Shown: positions 1 through 10,386 of the stretch, in pieces
Numbering within the stretch: position 1 is the first letter of the stretch
How the letters are laid out: each line of letters begins with the position of its first letter
From: Candidatus Yanofskybacteria bacterium
GTDB taxonomy: Bacteria; Patescibacteriota; Minisyncoccia; 2-02-FULL-40-12; IGHO2-01-FULL-4-A
Length of the DNA stretch: 64,000 nt
Direction: 5' to 3'
Assembly: GCA_016185545.1 (NCBI GenBank)
Contig: JACPNJ010000003.1
Span: 2,567-66,566 of the forward strand
Notes under the pieces: generated by a model
What the model saw: only the letters and a program-made list of their open reading frames with translations
Databases searched by the model: none
Told to the model about the DNA's origin: nothing
Program-made: the position numbers and the translations under genes

Positions 1-1196
1 CCGGCAAAAACTGGAAATCCAGCCACGTCACGTCCGATAGAAATTGGCAGCAGGTAGCGGCCTTTTTTGAACTCCTCTGATTCAAACATATCTCGCAAAC
101 CAACAATTGCAGATTTTTTGTTGGGTACTTCAATGCCAACAAGCGCCTTGCCGGGAATCGGCGCTTCAATGCGGATGGGATGCGCCGCTAAAGCCAGTTC
201 AAGGTCGCTTCTTAATGTCGTTATCTTGGCGAGTTTGACGCCTACTGCCGGACGCAAAGTAAACTGAGTAACCGCCGGTCCTATGGACACCTCGCCCATT
301 TCTACATCAATGCCGAAGTTGGAAAGCGTGCGTTTTATTATCGTCACATTGGCGTTGATATCGCCGGATCTGGGCTGATCTTTGTCGGAATTCAAAATTT
401 CAATAGGCGGTAGTGTCCATTTACCGGTCTTCGATGCTTTTATAACAAATTCACGCTCTTCGTCATTGAGTTTAATAGCGGCTTGCACTTTAGGCATGGC
501 TGCTTGAGCCTTGGCTTTTGCGGCGGCGGCCGCTTCCTCGGCTTTGATATCAACAATCTGCATGCCACGCTTTATTACAACATTGTCTTTCAAAATCGGC
601 GTTTCTTCCTCGCTTTCGATATCTTCTTTTTTGCGCAATATTAATTTATGGACCGAAATGTTGAGCGCGATCAAGACAGACACAAAAAGAAGAACAACTA
701 GAATAACAAAAGAAGAAGTGAAGCCAACCGCCCTTAACATAGGAAGACCGATTATCAAACCAAGGTAGCCGCCCTGATGCAAGCGAAGAGATAGGTCGCC
801 ATTACCCAAAATGTGGAAAACTGCCAAAAATCCCAAAACAAAAAGCGCTGTACCAACAATCGCGCTTGTATAAATCTTCCGGGAAATTGATTTGAGAAAT
901 GCTATGCCGAGCAATGTTAGACCCAACGGCACCAGAAAAATACCCCAGCCGAATAGCGACCTTGCGACAGACGCAAAAAGCTCGCCAACTTGGCCTGCCT
1001 TGCCGAAAAATGCCAGCATGCTTACCACGGCCAGGCCCAAAGATGCCACTCCCCAGATACCGTTTTTGGTCTCCTGCGACAATCCCAAAACCTCTTGGAC
1101 CTCCACAGACTTTTTTACCACCTTCTTCGGCTTTTTGAGCTTTCTTCTCACTGGTTTAATTTTAGAAAAACTAAGGACAAAAAGCAAATGGGGCAT
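1..1196 (-). CDS. ftsK: DNA translocase FtsK/SpoIIIE, N-terminal transmembrane region, linker and start of alpha domain (partial; 3' part runs off window start)
   Basis: Reverse-complement translation from ATG at about 1196 gives MPHLLFVLSF...; N-terminal transmembrane helices, Ala/Lys-rich linker, then IEAPIPGKALVGIEVPNKKSAIVGLRDM, typical of the FtsK alpha domain. Not in the ORF track because the ORF is open-ended at position 1. Confidence 0.7.
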   Translation of the reverse strand, partial: MPHLLFVLSFSKIKPVRRKLKKPKKVVKKSVEVQEVLGLSQETKNGIWGVASLGLAVVSMLAFFGKAGQVGELFASVARSLFGWGIFLVPLGLTLLGIAFLKSISRKIYTSAIVGTALFVLGFLAVFHILGNGDLSLRLHQGGYLGLIIGLPMLRAVGFTSSFVILVVLLFVSVLIALNISVHKLILRKKEDIESEEETPILKDNVVIKRGMQIVDIKAEEAAAAAKAKAQAAMPKVQAAIKLNDEEREFVIKASKTGKWTLPPIEILNSDKDQPRSGDINANVTIIKRTLSNFGIDVEMGEVSIGPAVTQFTLRPAVGVKLAKITTLRSDLELALAAHPIRIEAPIPGKALVGIEVPNKKSAIVGLRDMFESEEFKKGRYLLPISIGRDVAGFPVFA

Positions 1197-1397
1197 TTGC
1201 TAGCCCGGATTTAGTCGAAGCTCCGCCATAGTATCTTATTGGGACTGTTAAACATTGACGGCTTGGGTTATTTGGGTATGATAAGGTTAAATCTGCAACT
1301 TGAAAATGGAGTGTGCCATGAAAATATTTTTGATTTGTCCGGTTAGGAAAAAAGAAGTGACCAGCCAGACGATGATTTTAAGCAGGAACAGGAAAAA

Positions 1398-1700
1398 ATG
1401 AGAAAGTACGTGGAAAACCTGGAAAAGGATGGGCACAATGTTTATTGGCCGGCTCGCGATACGGACCAGACCGACACGACTGGTTTGAGAATATGCAAAG
1501 ACAATAGGAAGAAAATAAAATGGGCTGATAAGGTTCATATCTGGTGGAGTATGGCATCAGAAGGTTCATTATTTGATTTCGGCATGGCATTTATGGCTGG
1601 CAAGAAAATCGTCCTGGCCAATCCGCAAGATGTGGCCCCGACACCTAAAAAAAGTTTCACTAATGTTCTTTTGCTGTTATCAAACAACTACAGATGCTGA
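1398..1700 (+). CDS. nucleoside 2-deoxyribosyltransferase / DNPH1(Rcl)-like protein; probable frameshifted gene whose N-terminus begins at ATG about 1317
   Basis: ADKVHIWWSMASEGSLFDFGMAFMAGKKIVLAN resembles the Rcl/deoxyribosyltransferase core. An upstream 27-codon ORF (MKIFLICPVRKKEV...) in another frame overlaps at AAATGA (about 1395-1400) and looks like the displaced N-terminus (MKI(Y/F)LxGP-type). Confidence 0.45.
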   Translation: MRKYVENLEKDGHNVYWPARDTDQTDTTGLRICKDNRKKIKWADKVHIWWSMASEGSLFDFGMAFMAGKKIVLANPQDVAPTPKKSFTNVLLLLSNNYRC

Positions 1701-1773
1701 ATTAACAAATCTCGCTGCTATGGCGAGTTTTTTGCAAAAAGCAAATTTCGTGCTATTTTTACTTTCATAATTT

Positions 1774-2037
1774 ATGACCGGGATAGTTTTGCAAATTATT
1801 CTTATCCAATCGGATGTAACATTAAAACTCGTAAAAAACGGGAGAACCCTTGACTTACAAAGTACAAAGTATTATCATGATTTAAGTGATATGTTGATAA
1901 CTGGTCTTGACAAGCTTTTGGAAAGGAATAAGATTGACACATCATCTTTAAAATCATTTAAAATTAAGGGAAATTTGGGGCAAGACAGCACTTCCTATAA
2001 AATAGCTTCCGCCTTCATTGCGGGTCTACAAACCTAG
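1774..2037 (+). CDS. hypothetical 87-aa protein with weak TsaB/YeaZ N-terminal-like pattern, ending at a CTAG-repeat hairpin
   Basis: ORF track; length and position pattern resemble TsaB N-domain (ILxIxS...GLxKLL...KIASAFIAGLQ) but catalytic motifs are degenerate; stop followed by CTAGTTACTAG repeats. Confidence 0.3.
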   Translation: MTGIVLQIILIQSDVTLKLVKNGRTLDLQSTKYYHDLSDMLITGLDKLLERNKIDTSSLKSFKIKGNLGQDSTSYKIASAFIAGLQT

Positions 2038-2165
2038 CCGCCAATTACTAGTTACCGGTTATCTAGTTACTAGTTACTAGATTTGTATATCTAAAGGGTG
2101 GAAACTGATATCTCGCAAAATTAAAGAGGGTAATTTTTTGTTCGCCCCCGCTAAGCGGGGTTAAG

Positions 2166-5100
2166 GTGTTTTTGTGTTCGCACGCTACGCCCATGCGGAA
2201 GATTCTCTCAAAATACGCCCCCGATACTTTTGAACCGCCAAACTTGGTTCAGGTCCAGCTTGATTCCTATCAATGGTTTTTGGATGTGGGATTAAAAGAG
2301 TTGTTGAATGACATCTCCCCCATTGAAGACTGGACCAGTAAGGAATTGGAATTAAGATTTTTGGATTTTAGATTGGAAGAACCGAAGTTCAGCGAACGCA
2401 TTGCCAGAGAAAAAAATATAACTTATGAAGCACCGCTCCGCGTAAAAATTTCTCTTAAAAACAAAAAAACCGGCAAGACTGACGAGCAGGAAATTTATCT
2501 TGCCGACTTCCCAGTAATCACTCCGCGCGGCACATTTGTAATTAACGGGGTAGAGCGAGTTGTGATTTCACAACTTATTAGAAGCCCGGGCGCATTCTTT
2601 TCATTGTCTCGTTCAAGCCGTTTCAAACGGCTTTTTGGCGCTAAAATCATTCCTTCGCGTGGCGCTTGGCTTGAGTTTGAAACCGAATCAAGCGGCGTCA
2701 TGTCCGTCAGGATTGACCGGAAAAGAAAAATTCCAGCAACCTCTGTTTTGAGGGCTTTCGGCGTAGGTAAAGATGAGGAAATTAAAAAACTGTTTGAGGA
2801 TGTAGATACAAATTCGGAAATGAAATATGTCATTTCTACCATCGTTGCCGATGCCGCAAGCAGTCAGGATGAAGGATTGATTGAGATGTACAAACGTATC
2901 CGCCCGGGCGACCCGGCTACCGTTGATAACGCACGACAGATGATAAACAACATGTTTTTCAATTTTTCACGATACGATCTTTCACGTGTAGGACGCTACC
3001 GCATGAATCAACGCTTCCAAAAGAATTATACTTTAGACGAAAAAAACAGGATATTAAAAGTAGAAGACATTATAGATGTAATGCGCGAAATTATCCGGCT
3101 GAACAACGATCCTTCGGCTCAACCGGACAACATTGACCATTTGGGCAACCGCCGCGTCAAAACTCTCGGGGAATTACTGCAAGACAAATTGAGATTGTCT
3201 TTTGCCAGAATGGAAAGAATCATCAAGGATCGCATGAGCACGCTAGATATAGATGCCATCGTTCCGGGCCAACTTATTAATTCTCGTCCATTTGTCGCTG
3301 CCGTTAAGGAATTTTTTTCGTCCGGCCAGCTTTCGCAATTTATGGATCAAGTTAATCCGCTTGCCGAGCTTGAACACAAACGCCGGCTGTCGGCTCTCGG
3401 ACCGGGCGGGCTTACAAGAGAAAGAGCAAGCTTTGAAGTACGCGATGTGCATCCATCCCATTATGGAAGAATCTGCCCCATCCAAACTCCGGAAGGTCCG
3501 AATATCGGACTGGTTGGACATCTGTCACTACACGCAAAAGTATCGTCGCTCGGATTCATACTCTCTCCTTATAGAAAGGTGACAAAAGGAAAAGCAACTG
3601 AACAAATTGATTATTTGGACGCCACTGAAGAAGAAAGATATATTGTTGCTCATGCCGGCGCTCAATTGGATGACAATGGTAGATTCATGGAATCCAAGAT
3701 TCCTGCCAGAGTCAAAGGCGAACCGGATTTAGTTACGCCGGACAAAATAGATTACATAGATGTTTCTCCCAAACAGCCTTTTTCAGTTGCGACCTCTTTA
3801 ATTCCTTTTCTTGAAAATGACGATGCTAACCGCGCCCTGATGGGTTCAAATATGCAGCGCCAGGCCGTACCAATTATCTCTCCGGAAGAACCGATTATCG
3901 GCACCGGATTGGAAGATAAGGTCGCCAGAGATTCGGGCATGATGCTAATCGCGAACGAGTCGGGCGTAATCGAGGAAGTGGACAGTTCCAGTATTACAAT
4001 AAAAACCATCAAAGGAGAAAAAATAAGATATGACCTGCTGAAATTTAACAAATCCAACAGTTTTACGGCTATCAATCAACGACCAATAGTATCATCGGGA
4101 CAAAAAATAAAAAAGGGCGATGTTCTGGCTGACGGGCCAGCGACCAAAAACGGTGAATTGGCTTTGGGCCGCAATTTACTCGTCGCCTTTATGTCATTTG
4201 AGGGGGCCAATTTTGAAGACGCGGTAGTGCTTTCAGAAAAGCTGGTGAGAGAAGATCTTTTCACGTCAATCCACATTGAAGATTATTCCATAGACGTGCG
4301 AGAAACCAAGCTCGGTCCGGAAATCACGACTTATGATATCCCCAATCGTTCGGAAGAAAAACTTAAAAATTTGGATCCCGACGGTATTGTACGCATTGGC
4401 GCTGAAGTCCGTTCACAAGATATTCTGGTCGGTAAAATATCACCGAAAGGCGAAAGTGATCTGACTGCGGAAGAAAGATTGTTGCGGGCAATATTCGGCG
4501 AAAAATCACAAGACGTAAAAGATACGTCACTAACGTTAGACTACGGCAAGGTTGGACGCGTTGTCGACGTACATATATTTTCTAGAGATCAAGGCGATAA
4601 ATTACCGGCTGGGGTTATCAAAACCATTCAAGTGTCAGTCGCACAAATGAGAAAAGTCCAGGTAGGAGATAAGTTAGCCGGCAGACACGGTAATAAAGGT
4701 GTTATTTCAATGATATTGCCGGAAGAGGACATGCCATACCTGCCTGACGGCAAGCGTGTTGATATGATTTTGTCGCCGCTTGGCATAATCTCACGCATGA
4801 ATATCGGCCAAGTTTTAGAAACGCATCTTGGCTGGGCGGTATCAAAGCTTGGCTACAAAGCCGCGGTACCGGCAATGGGTGGCGCGACGGAAGAAATGAT
4901 AAAGAAAGAATTAAAGCTGGCCGGATTGCCGGAAGATGGAAAAATTTATGTTTACGACGGCCGCACCGGCGAAAAGTTCCACCAAAAAACCACCGTCGGA
5001 GTCATCTACTTTATGAAGCTGATGCATATGGTTGAAGACAAAATACATATGCGTTCAATCGGACCGTATTCGCTCATTACCCAACAGCCACTCGGTGGCA

Positions 5101-5345
5101 AAGCGCAGTTCGGCGGCCAAAGATTCGGAGAAATGGAGGTTTGGGCACTGGAAGGTTATGGTGCTGCGCACACATTGCAGGAAATGCTGACGATTAAGTC
5201 GGATGACGTTCAGGGACGCGCCAAAACATACGAAGCAATAGTGGAGGGAGAAGAAATTAGAGCACCCCATCTGCCTGAATCATTTAAGGTATTACTATCG
5301 GAAATTAAGGGGTTGGGACTAAATATAGAATTAAAGGAAATATAA
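2166..5345 (+). CDS. rpoB: DNA-directed RNA polymerase subunit beta (possible true start at ATG 2193)
   Basis: 1059-aa ORF with canonical RpoB blocks (QLDSYQWFL, NIGLVGHLS, RQAVP, GEMEVWALEGYGAAHTLQE); an upstream hairpin gcccccgctaagcggggtt may be an attenuator. Confidence 0.97.
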   Translation: MFLCSHATPMRKILSKYAPDTFEPPNLVQVQLDSYQWFLDVGLKELLNDISPIEDWTSKELELRFLDFRLEEPKFSERIAREKNITYEAPLRVKISLKNKKTGKTDEQEIYLADFPVITPRGTFVINGVERVVISQLIRSPGAFFSLSRSSRFKRLFGAKIIPSRGAWLEFETESSGVMSVRIDRKRKIPATSVLRAFGVGKDEEIKKLFEDVDTNSEMKYVISTIVADAASSQDEGLIEMYKRIRPGDPATVDNARQMINNMFFNFSRYDLSRVGRYRMNQRFQKNYTLDEKNRILKVEDIIDVMREIIRLNNDPSAQPDNIDHLGNRRVKTLGELLQDKLRLSFARMERIIKDRMSTLDIDAIVPGQLINSRPFVAAVKEFFSSGQLSQFMDQVNPLAELEHKRRLSALGPGGLTRERASFEVRDVHPSHYGRICPIQTPEGPNIGLVGHLSLHAKVSSLGFILSPYRKVTKGKATEQIDYLDATEEERYIVAHAGAQLDDNGRFMESKIPARVKGEPDLVTPDKIDYIDVSPKQPFSVATSLIPFLENDDANRALMGSNMQRQAVPIISPEEPIIGTGLEDKVARDSGMMLIANESGVIEEVDSSSITIKTIKGEKIRYDLLKFNKSNSFTAINQRPIVSSGQKIKKGDVLADGPATKNGELALGRNLLVAFMSFEGANFEDAVVLSEKLVREDLFTSIHIEDYSIDVRETKLGPEITTYDIPNRSEEKLKNLDPDGIVRIGAEVRSQDILVGKISPKGESDLTAEERLLRAIFGEKSQDVKDTSLTLDYGKVGRVVDVHIFSRDQGDKLPAGVIKTIQVSVAQMRKVQVGDKLAGRHGNKGVISMILPEEDMPYLPDGKRVDMILSPLGIISRMNIGQVLETHLGWAVSKLGYKAAVPAMGGATEEMIKKELKLAGLPEDGKIYVYDGRTGEKFHQKTTVGVIYFMKLMHMVEDKIHMRSIGPYSLITQQPLGGKAQFGGQRFGEMEVWALEGYGAAHTLQEMLTIKSDDVQGRAKTYEAIVEGEEIRAPHLPESFKVLLSEIKGLGLNIELKEI

Positions 5346-5400
5346 GAATATGTCCACACGCAGCAAGCGTTAGCATAGCGAGCATGGTAACAAAGACGTA

Positions 5401-5443
5401 CCCCGCCCTCTAAGCTATTAAAGGTGCATAGAGGGCGGGGTGC
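5401..5443 (+). terminator. rpoB-rpoC intergenic hairpin (ccccgccctcta...tagagggcgggg)
   Basis: Perfect 12-bp inverted repeat seen directly; partial terminator or processing site between rpoB and rpoC. Confidence 0.5.
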
Positions 5444-5502
5444 TCAAGCTTTCTAACAACTCGGCGTCGCGAGCATACGCTTGCCTCGTTGAGAAAATTG
5501 GC

Positions 5503-8500
5503 ATGGAGTTTGGTGCACTAAAACTTCGAGTCGCTTCGCCTGAAGAAATTCTTCAGTGGTCTTACGGTGAAGTAACCAAACCGGAAACAATTAATTACCG
5601 TACCCAGAAACCGGAAAAAGAGGGACTTTTTTCAGAGTCTATTTTCGGGCCGACCCAGGATTGGAAATGCCATTGCGGCAAATACAGCCGCATCAGATAC
5701 AAGGGTATCATTTGCGACCGCTGCGGTGTTGAAGTGACACGTTCCATAGTCCGGCGTGAACGGATGGGCCATATTAAACTGGCCAGCCCGGTAGCACATA
5801 TCTGGTTTTTGCGAGGTATGCCTTCACGCATCGCTACGATACTGGACGTCTCGTTACCCGAACTTGAAAGGGTAATCTATTTCGCGGCTTATATCGTTAC
5901 AAAAGTAAACGAAGAATTGAAAGCCGAGGCCATGAAAAAAATGGAGTCAGGATTCCGATCTCTTATAAAAAGTGCGGCGCAGGAAAGCGAAAAAGAAAGG
6001 ATACAGGAAAGGCGCGAGGAGGAAAAGACAAATCTAAAAAGTTTAAAAAAATATCAAGTGCTTTCAGAGCTTGAATTTAGAGATTTATCGCTCAAATACG
6101 GAGAGGTTTTTGAAGCCAGCATTGGCGCCGAAGCAATTAGAAAACTTATGGAAGAAATGGATTTGAAAGAAGAAATTAAAAAGGGAGAAAATTATCTGAA
6201 AGAAACAGATAACCCGACCGTACAAAAAAGATTAATGCGCCGGTTAAAAATACTCAAACGCATGCTCAAGAATGATATTCGTCCCGAATGGATGATTCTT
6301 GAGGTTTTGCCGATAATTCCCCCGCTTCTGCGTCCCATGGTCCAGTTAGACGGCGGACGGTATGCTACGTCAGACCTCAACGATTTGTATCGCCGCGTCA
6401 TTAACAGAAACAATCGCTTAAAACATTTAAATGAGCTTAAAGCGCCTGAAGTCATCACAAAGAATGAAAAAAGAATGTTACAGGAAGCCGTTGATGCTTT
6501 AATTGACAATACCATGCGACGCGGTCAGACGCTGGTTTCAGCTTCCACCGGTCAGAAGCGCGCTCTCAAGTCATTGGCTGATATGTTAAAGGGTAAGCAG
6601 GGCAGATTCAGACAGAATCTGCTTGGCAAACGAGTGGATTACTCCGGCAGAAGCGTGATTGTCATCGGCCCGAATTTAAAAATGAGTGAGTGCGGTTTGC
6701 CTAAATATATGGCCCTTGAACTCTTTAAGCCATTCATAATAAATTACCTGAAAACAAAAGGGCTGGCACATAATATACGCTCTGCTAACCATCTTATAGA
6801 ACAGGAAATCCCCGAGGTCTGGGAAGCTCTTGAATTCGCCATCAAAGACAAGCTGGTACTGTTAAACCGCGCCCCCACTCTGCACAGATTGTCGGTACAG
6901 GCATTTAAGCCGGTATTAATTGAGGGCAAAGCGATAAAAATTCCGGCTTTGCCGACCCGGGCTTTTAACGCTGACTTCGACGGTGACCAAATGGCCGTCC
7001 ACTTGCCGTTAACTGCTGAGGCGCAGAAAGAAGCCAGGGATTTAATGCTATCAACGCATGGCATTTTAAAACCTGCGACCGGCGAACCAGTCGCCATTGC
7101 CACCCGCGACATTACTTTCGGCTGTTATTATCTGACAAGCATTGATTCCGATTTGACGGACAGGGGCAAGATATTTTCTTCGGAATCAGAAGTCATTCTG
7201 GCTTATGAACATAAGGTAGTGGACTTGAGAACTTTAATAAAGGTTCGGCTGTCAAAAAAGGTTCAACCCGTCAAATCCATCGAGGGCAGTACTAGCGAAC
7301 CTCTGCTTCGTATGGGACTAACCGAAACTTCCGTCGGCAGAATAATATTCAATCGCGCATTGCCCGAAGACTACTTATTCATAAATAAAACATTAAATCA
7401 AACCAATCTGCGCAACATTGAGGCCGAGATTCTGCATAATTACGGCGAAGAACGGGCTGTCGAATTTTTAGACACAATACGGGAATACGGCTTTCATTAC
7501 GCGACAGCTTCCGGCGTTTCTTGGGGTATGGACGATTTGAGAATCCCTAAGGAAAGAGTTCAAATTATGGCTGAAGCTGAAAATATTATAGAAGAAAATC
7601 AGTCCCTTTATGCACAAGGTTTACTGACGGAGTATGAGCGCAAATCTAAAGCCATTGAAATCTGGACTATTGCCAAATCAAAACTAGAGAAAATGGTAAG
7701 TAACCAATTCAGAGAAGAAGACGCCGTCTTCATGATGGTTGATTCAAAAGCAAGAGGCAATTGGGGCACGGTTAATCAGCTGGCTGGAATGAGAGGTCTA
7801 ATGGTCAAACCGGATGGAGAACTGATTGAATTGCCGGTAAAAAGTTCATTCAAACAAGGTCTAAATGTGCTGGAATATTTTATTTCCACCCATGGCGCCA
7901 GAAAAGGTTTGGTAGATACGGCTTTACGCACCGCCACGGCTGGCTATTTGACCCGCCGTTTAGTAGACGTCGCTCAAGATGTCGTAGTACACGAGGAGGA
8001 CTGCAAAGATAAAGAGGGCTATACCTTATACGCATCAGATGGTAAATCTATCGGCGGCGAAAGCATCGGAAAACGCTTAATGGGACGGGTTGTGTTGGAA
8101 GAAATAAAAGATATCGCAAATAATATTATCGCCAAGAAAAACCAGCTGATTAGCAAAGAAGTCTCTCAAAAAATAGACCAGGTCCAGCCAAATGCGGTAA
8201 AAATCAGATCATTGGTAACATGCAAAGCCAAAGATGGGATATGCCGCATTTGCTACGGTCATGATTTATCCAAAAACAAACTGGTTGAGATAGGCCAGGC
8301 GGTTGGCATCGTTACCGCACAGGCAATCGGCGAACCGGGCACCCAGCTTACAATGAGAACCTTCCACACCGGGGGTGTAGCCAGTGTCGGCGACATTACC
8401 ATGGGCTTGCCGCGCGTGCAGGAAATTTTTGAAGTCAGGCCACCGGCCGGCAAGGCGCTGATTTCTGAAATTGATGGCAAGGTAATCAGCGTGGAAGAAA

Positions 8501-9123
8501 AAGGTAACCAAACATTTATAAAAATAATGTCAGACAAGGGAGAGGAACGGGAATATCTTACTATGCCCGGCATTGCACCGGCAATCAACGCGGGTGATTT
8601 GGTTACGGCTGGCCAACAACTTTCAGATGGACACATTGATTTGCGCGAGTTATTCCACACTACGGGTGTCATTCAGGATGTCGCCAGATACATTATTCGT
8701 GAAGTGCAAAGTATTTATTTCGCCACTGGCGAAGGCATCAACGACAAACATGTGGAACTTATAGTCAGACAGATGTTTTCCCGCGTTAAAATTCTTGATC
8801 AGGGCGATACCGAACTTTTACCCGGCGATGTTGTGGAAAAACGCACGCTCTTAGAAGCAAATGAAGAAGTTAAGAACCGCGACGGTAAACTGGCCACATT
8901 TGAACAATTACTACTCGGCATAACCAAGGTTTCACTTTCAACCGAAAGCTTCTTGTCAGCGGCCTCATTCCAGGAAACCGCGCGCGTACTAATTGACGCG
9001 GCGGTGGCCGGCAAGGAGGATACGCTCCGCGGGCTCAAAGAAAACGTCATCATCGGCCGGCTCATTCCCGCCGGCACAGGGTATTATCACGTGGCTAAGT
9101 CGGATTCTACATCGGAAGAGTAA
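5503..9123 (+). CDS. rpoC: DNA-directed RNA polymerase subunit beta' (the ORF track's GTG 5440 start lies inside the hairpin; ATG 5503 MEFGALKLRVASPEEI preferred)
   Basis: Zn-finger CHCGKYSRIRYKGIICDRCGVEV, NADFDGDQMAVH catalytic motif; 1200+ aa. Confidence 0.97.
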   Translation: MEFGALKLRVASPEEILQWSYGEVTKPETINYRTQKPEKEGLFSESIFGPTQDWKCHCGKYSRIRYKGIICDRCGVEVTRSIVRRERMGHIKLASPVAHIWFLRGMPSRIATILDVSLPELERVIYFAAYIVTKVNEELKAEAMKKMESGFRSLIKSAAQESEKERIQERREEEKTNLKSLKKYQVLSELEFRDLSLKYGEVFEASIGAEAIRKLMEEMDLKEEIKKGENYLKETDNPTVQKRLMRRLKILKRMLKNDIRPEWMILEVLPIIPPLLRPMVQLDGGRYATSDLNDLYRRVINRNNRLKHLNELKAPEVITKNEKRMLQEAVDALIDNTMRRGQTLVSASTGQKRALKSLADMLKGKQGRFRQNLLGKRVDYSGRSVIVIGPNLKMSECGLPKYMALELFKPFIINYLKTKGLAHNIRSANHLIEQEIPEVWEALEFAIKDKLVLLNRAPTLHRLSVQAFKPVLIEGKAIKIPALPTRAFNADFDGDQMAVHLPLTAEAQKEARDLMLSTHGILKPATGEPVAIATRDITFGCYYLTSIDSDLTDRGKIFSSESEVILAYEHKVVDLRTLIKVRLSKKVQPVKSIEGSTSEPLLRMGLTETSVGRIIFNRALPEDYLFINKTLNQTNLRNIEAEILHNYGEERAVEFLDTIREYGFHYATASGVSWGMDDLRIPKERVQIMAEAENIIEENQSLYAQGLLTEYERKSKAIEIWTIAKSKLEKMVSNQFREEDAVFMMVDSKARGNWGTVNQLAGMRGLMVKPDGELIELPVKSSFKQGLNVLEYFISTHGARKGLVDTALRTATAGYLTRRLVDVAQDVVVHEEDCKDKEGYTLYASDGKSIGGESIGKRLMGRVVLEEIKDIANNIIAKKNQLISKEVSQKIDQVQPNAVKIRSLVTCKAKDGICRICYGHDLSKNKLVEIGQAVGIVTAQAIGEPGTQLTMRTFHTGGVASVGDITMGLPRVQEIFEVRPPAGKALISEIDGKVISVEEKGNQTFIKIMSDKGEEREYLTMPGIAPAINAGDLVTAGQQLSDGHIDLRELFHTTGVIQDVARYIIREVQSIYFATGEGINDKHVELIVRQMFSRVKILDQGDTELLPGDVVEKRTLLEANEEVKNRDGKLATFEQLLLGITKVSLSTESFLSAASFQETARVLIDAAVAGKEDTLRGLKENVIIGRLIPAGTGYYHVAKSDSTSEE

Positions 9124-9164
9124 TGTTCGCTTCTCAAAAAATTTCTCGCTCTCATCACACCTCC

Positions 9165-9320
9165 TATCACCACTTGCAACCCCAGCCCGCTTCGCCGTAA
9201 GCTCCAGCGAGGCGAGCGAGGTTGCTGCGTTCCGTCAAAAGCGTGGATTTTGCTTGTAGTGATTTACTATTATACTGCCATACTGCTCGCAAACCGTGCA
9301 ATCCACTCTTTTGACGGTGC
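9165..9320 (+). repeat. repeat element C, copy 1 (about 155 nt; a related copy lies inverted inside a 23S insertion at 20810-20965)
   Basis: Aligned by eye: ctatcacc...gcaaccccagc...gaggttgc...aaagcgtggatt...tactattatactgc...ctcgc.aaccgtgcaatc...ttttgacggtgcta, about 75-80% identity to the RC of 20810-20965. Confidence 0.6.
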
Positions 9321-9500
9321 TATGAGGTGCGATGGCTCACTCATGGAGTAATTTTTTGAGAAGCTCCACCCTGGCTAATTGATAAAAATCACCTAGCCGT
9401 AGTTTGGAGTCAAACTACGGCTGGAGTTCCCGGTTTGTAATTTTTTTAATCCTCCAATATTCAGCAATTTCTTGACCAAAAGCTATGGGTTGATAGTATG

Positions 9501-9583
9501 GTTTTGCGGTGGGGGTGGCATAGTGCGATATCAGGATTATCACCCACGATGTCCGGGGTGCAAATCCCCGCACCTCCACCGCC
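9501..9583 (+). repeat. left terminal inverted repeat (83 bp) of the symmetric element 9501-10766
   Basis: RC matches 10683-10766 (shared perfect core ggtggaggtgcggggatttgcaccccg, then gggtgataa...ctatgccacccccaccg). Confidence 0.75.
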
Positions 9584-9607
9584 TTAAAAAAGTATCAACA
9601 ATTTCGT

Positions 9608-9636
9608 TTGACACACGCTGTTCCGGTTTGCTATAC
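9608..9636 (+). promoter_or_regulatory. consensus sigma70-like promoter TTGACA-17-TATACT driving a small RNA
   Basis: tttgacacacgctgttccggtttgctatact seen directly. Confidence 0.6.
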
Positions 9637-9642
9637 TAAAAC

Positions 9643-9718
9643 TAGGTGATAATCCTGAATCTCGCATTATGTTGAGATTGGGCAATTGCTCCGCGCAAGC
9701 GGAGCTTTTGTTTGGTAA
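9643..9718 (+). ncRNA. candidate about 75-nt small RNA L (ctaggtgataatcctgaatct...gctccgcgcaagcggagcttttg), followed by a second hairpin at 9724-9745
   Basis: Promoter immediately upstream and an intrinsic-terminator-like hairpin plus U-run at the 3' end. Its 5' region is complementary to atcaggattatcacc in the left terminal inverted repeat. Confidence 0.45.
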
Positions 9719-9810
9719 AATAAAGCCCACCTTGCGGTGGGCTACCAGCTTAGAGGATGCTGGACTTAGACTTAGGAGGAGGGCTGGCGGGAAATGCGCG
9801 GGCAGAATGG

Positions 9811-10386
9811 CTAGCGGGGTAAATCATCGATGGCTTCCAAGATTTCATTGTAGTGCCGGTCCATTTCCGGCACGTTTTGCTTTCCGGCCGCCATCCTAAA
9901 TTGGTGGAGATGACGCGCCACGCTGGTCGCGGCATGGATAGAACTTAGAATCCAGAGAAATCTCATGGAATTCTCTCCTCCCGTGTGCTGGTCATCGGAA
10001 ACGCGAACTTCAAGGATCTTATTCCTGGAGTCGGCAAAAACCTCGTACCAGAACCCCTGGAATAAGTTGCTTTCAAAACGTTTCCACTTGCCCAGAGTAT
10101 CAAGAAAACGCTTATCGCCAGGTTGAGATTTGGCTGGTATCGGAAGAAGTGAATTCTCGAAGGTTACGCTAATCTCCGTCGGTTCAAGACCCAGAAAGCG
10201 CTGATTCCAATGGACCTGAACAAAAAATAGTTCTCGGATTTCGCGGAAAATCGTTACAGCAATCTTTCCATTGCCCAGATTCTCCCTGACTAACCAGTCA
10301 GCCCTCTTTAGCCTCTCACACTCCTCACGAACTTCTCCGTAATTGTACTCGGAGACACTCGGAAACTTTATTTTCAAGGTAAACAT
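9811..10386 (-). CDS. hypothetical protein (191 aa from MFTLKIKFPS; good RBS aaggaggtagaaATG), passenger gene of the symmetric element
   Basis: ORF track (211 aa) trimmed to the internal start with a strong Shine-Dalgarno; no confident family assignment (four-helix-bundle DinB-like fold is only a guess). Confidence 0.5.
   Translation of the reverse strand: MFTLKIKFPSVSEYNYGEVREECERLKRADWLVRENLGNGKIAVTIFREIRELFFVQVHWNQRFLGLEPTEISVTFENSLLPIPAKSQPGDKRFLDTLGKWKRFESNLFQGFWYEVFADSRNKILEVRVSDDQHTGGENSMRFLWILSSIHAATSVARHLHQFRMAAGKQNVPEMDRHYNEILEAIDDLPR

Noticed and set aside
5440-5502. GTG start at 5440 for rpoC given by the ORF track
   Set aside because: The codon lies inside the stem of the rpoB-rpoC intergenic hairpin; ATG 5503 (MEFGALKLRV, matching the conserved beta' N-terminus) is preferred.
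2495-9077. Numerous 60-140 aa ORFs on the minus strand inside rpoB and rpoC (for example 2495-2842, 6744-7112, 8259-8672)
   Set aside because: Antisense to long, unmistakable RNA polymerase genes; low-complexity translations; typical shadow ORFs.
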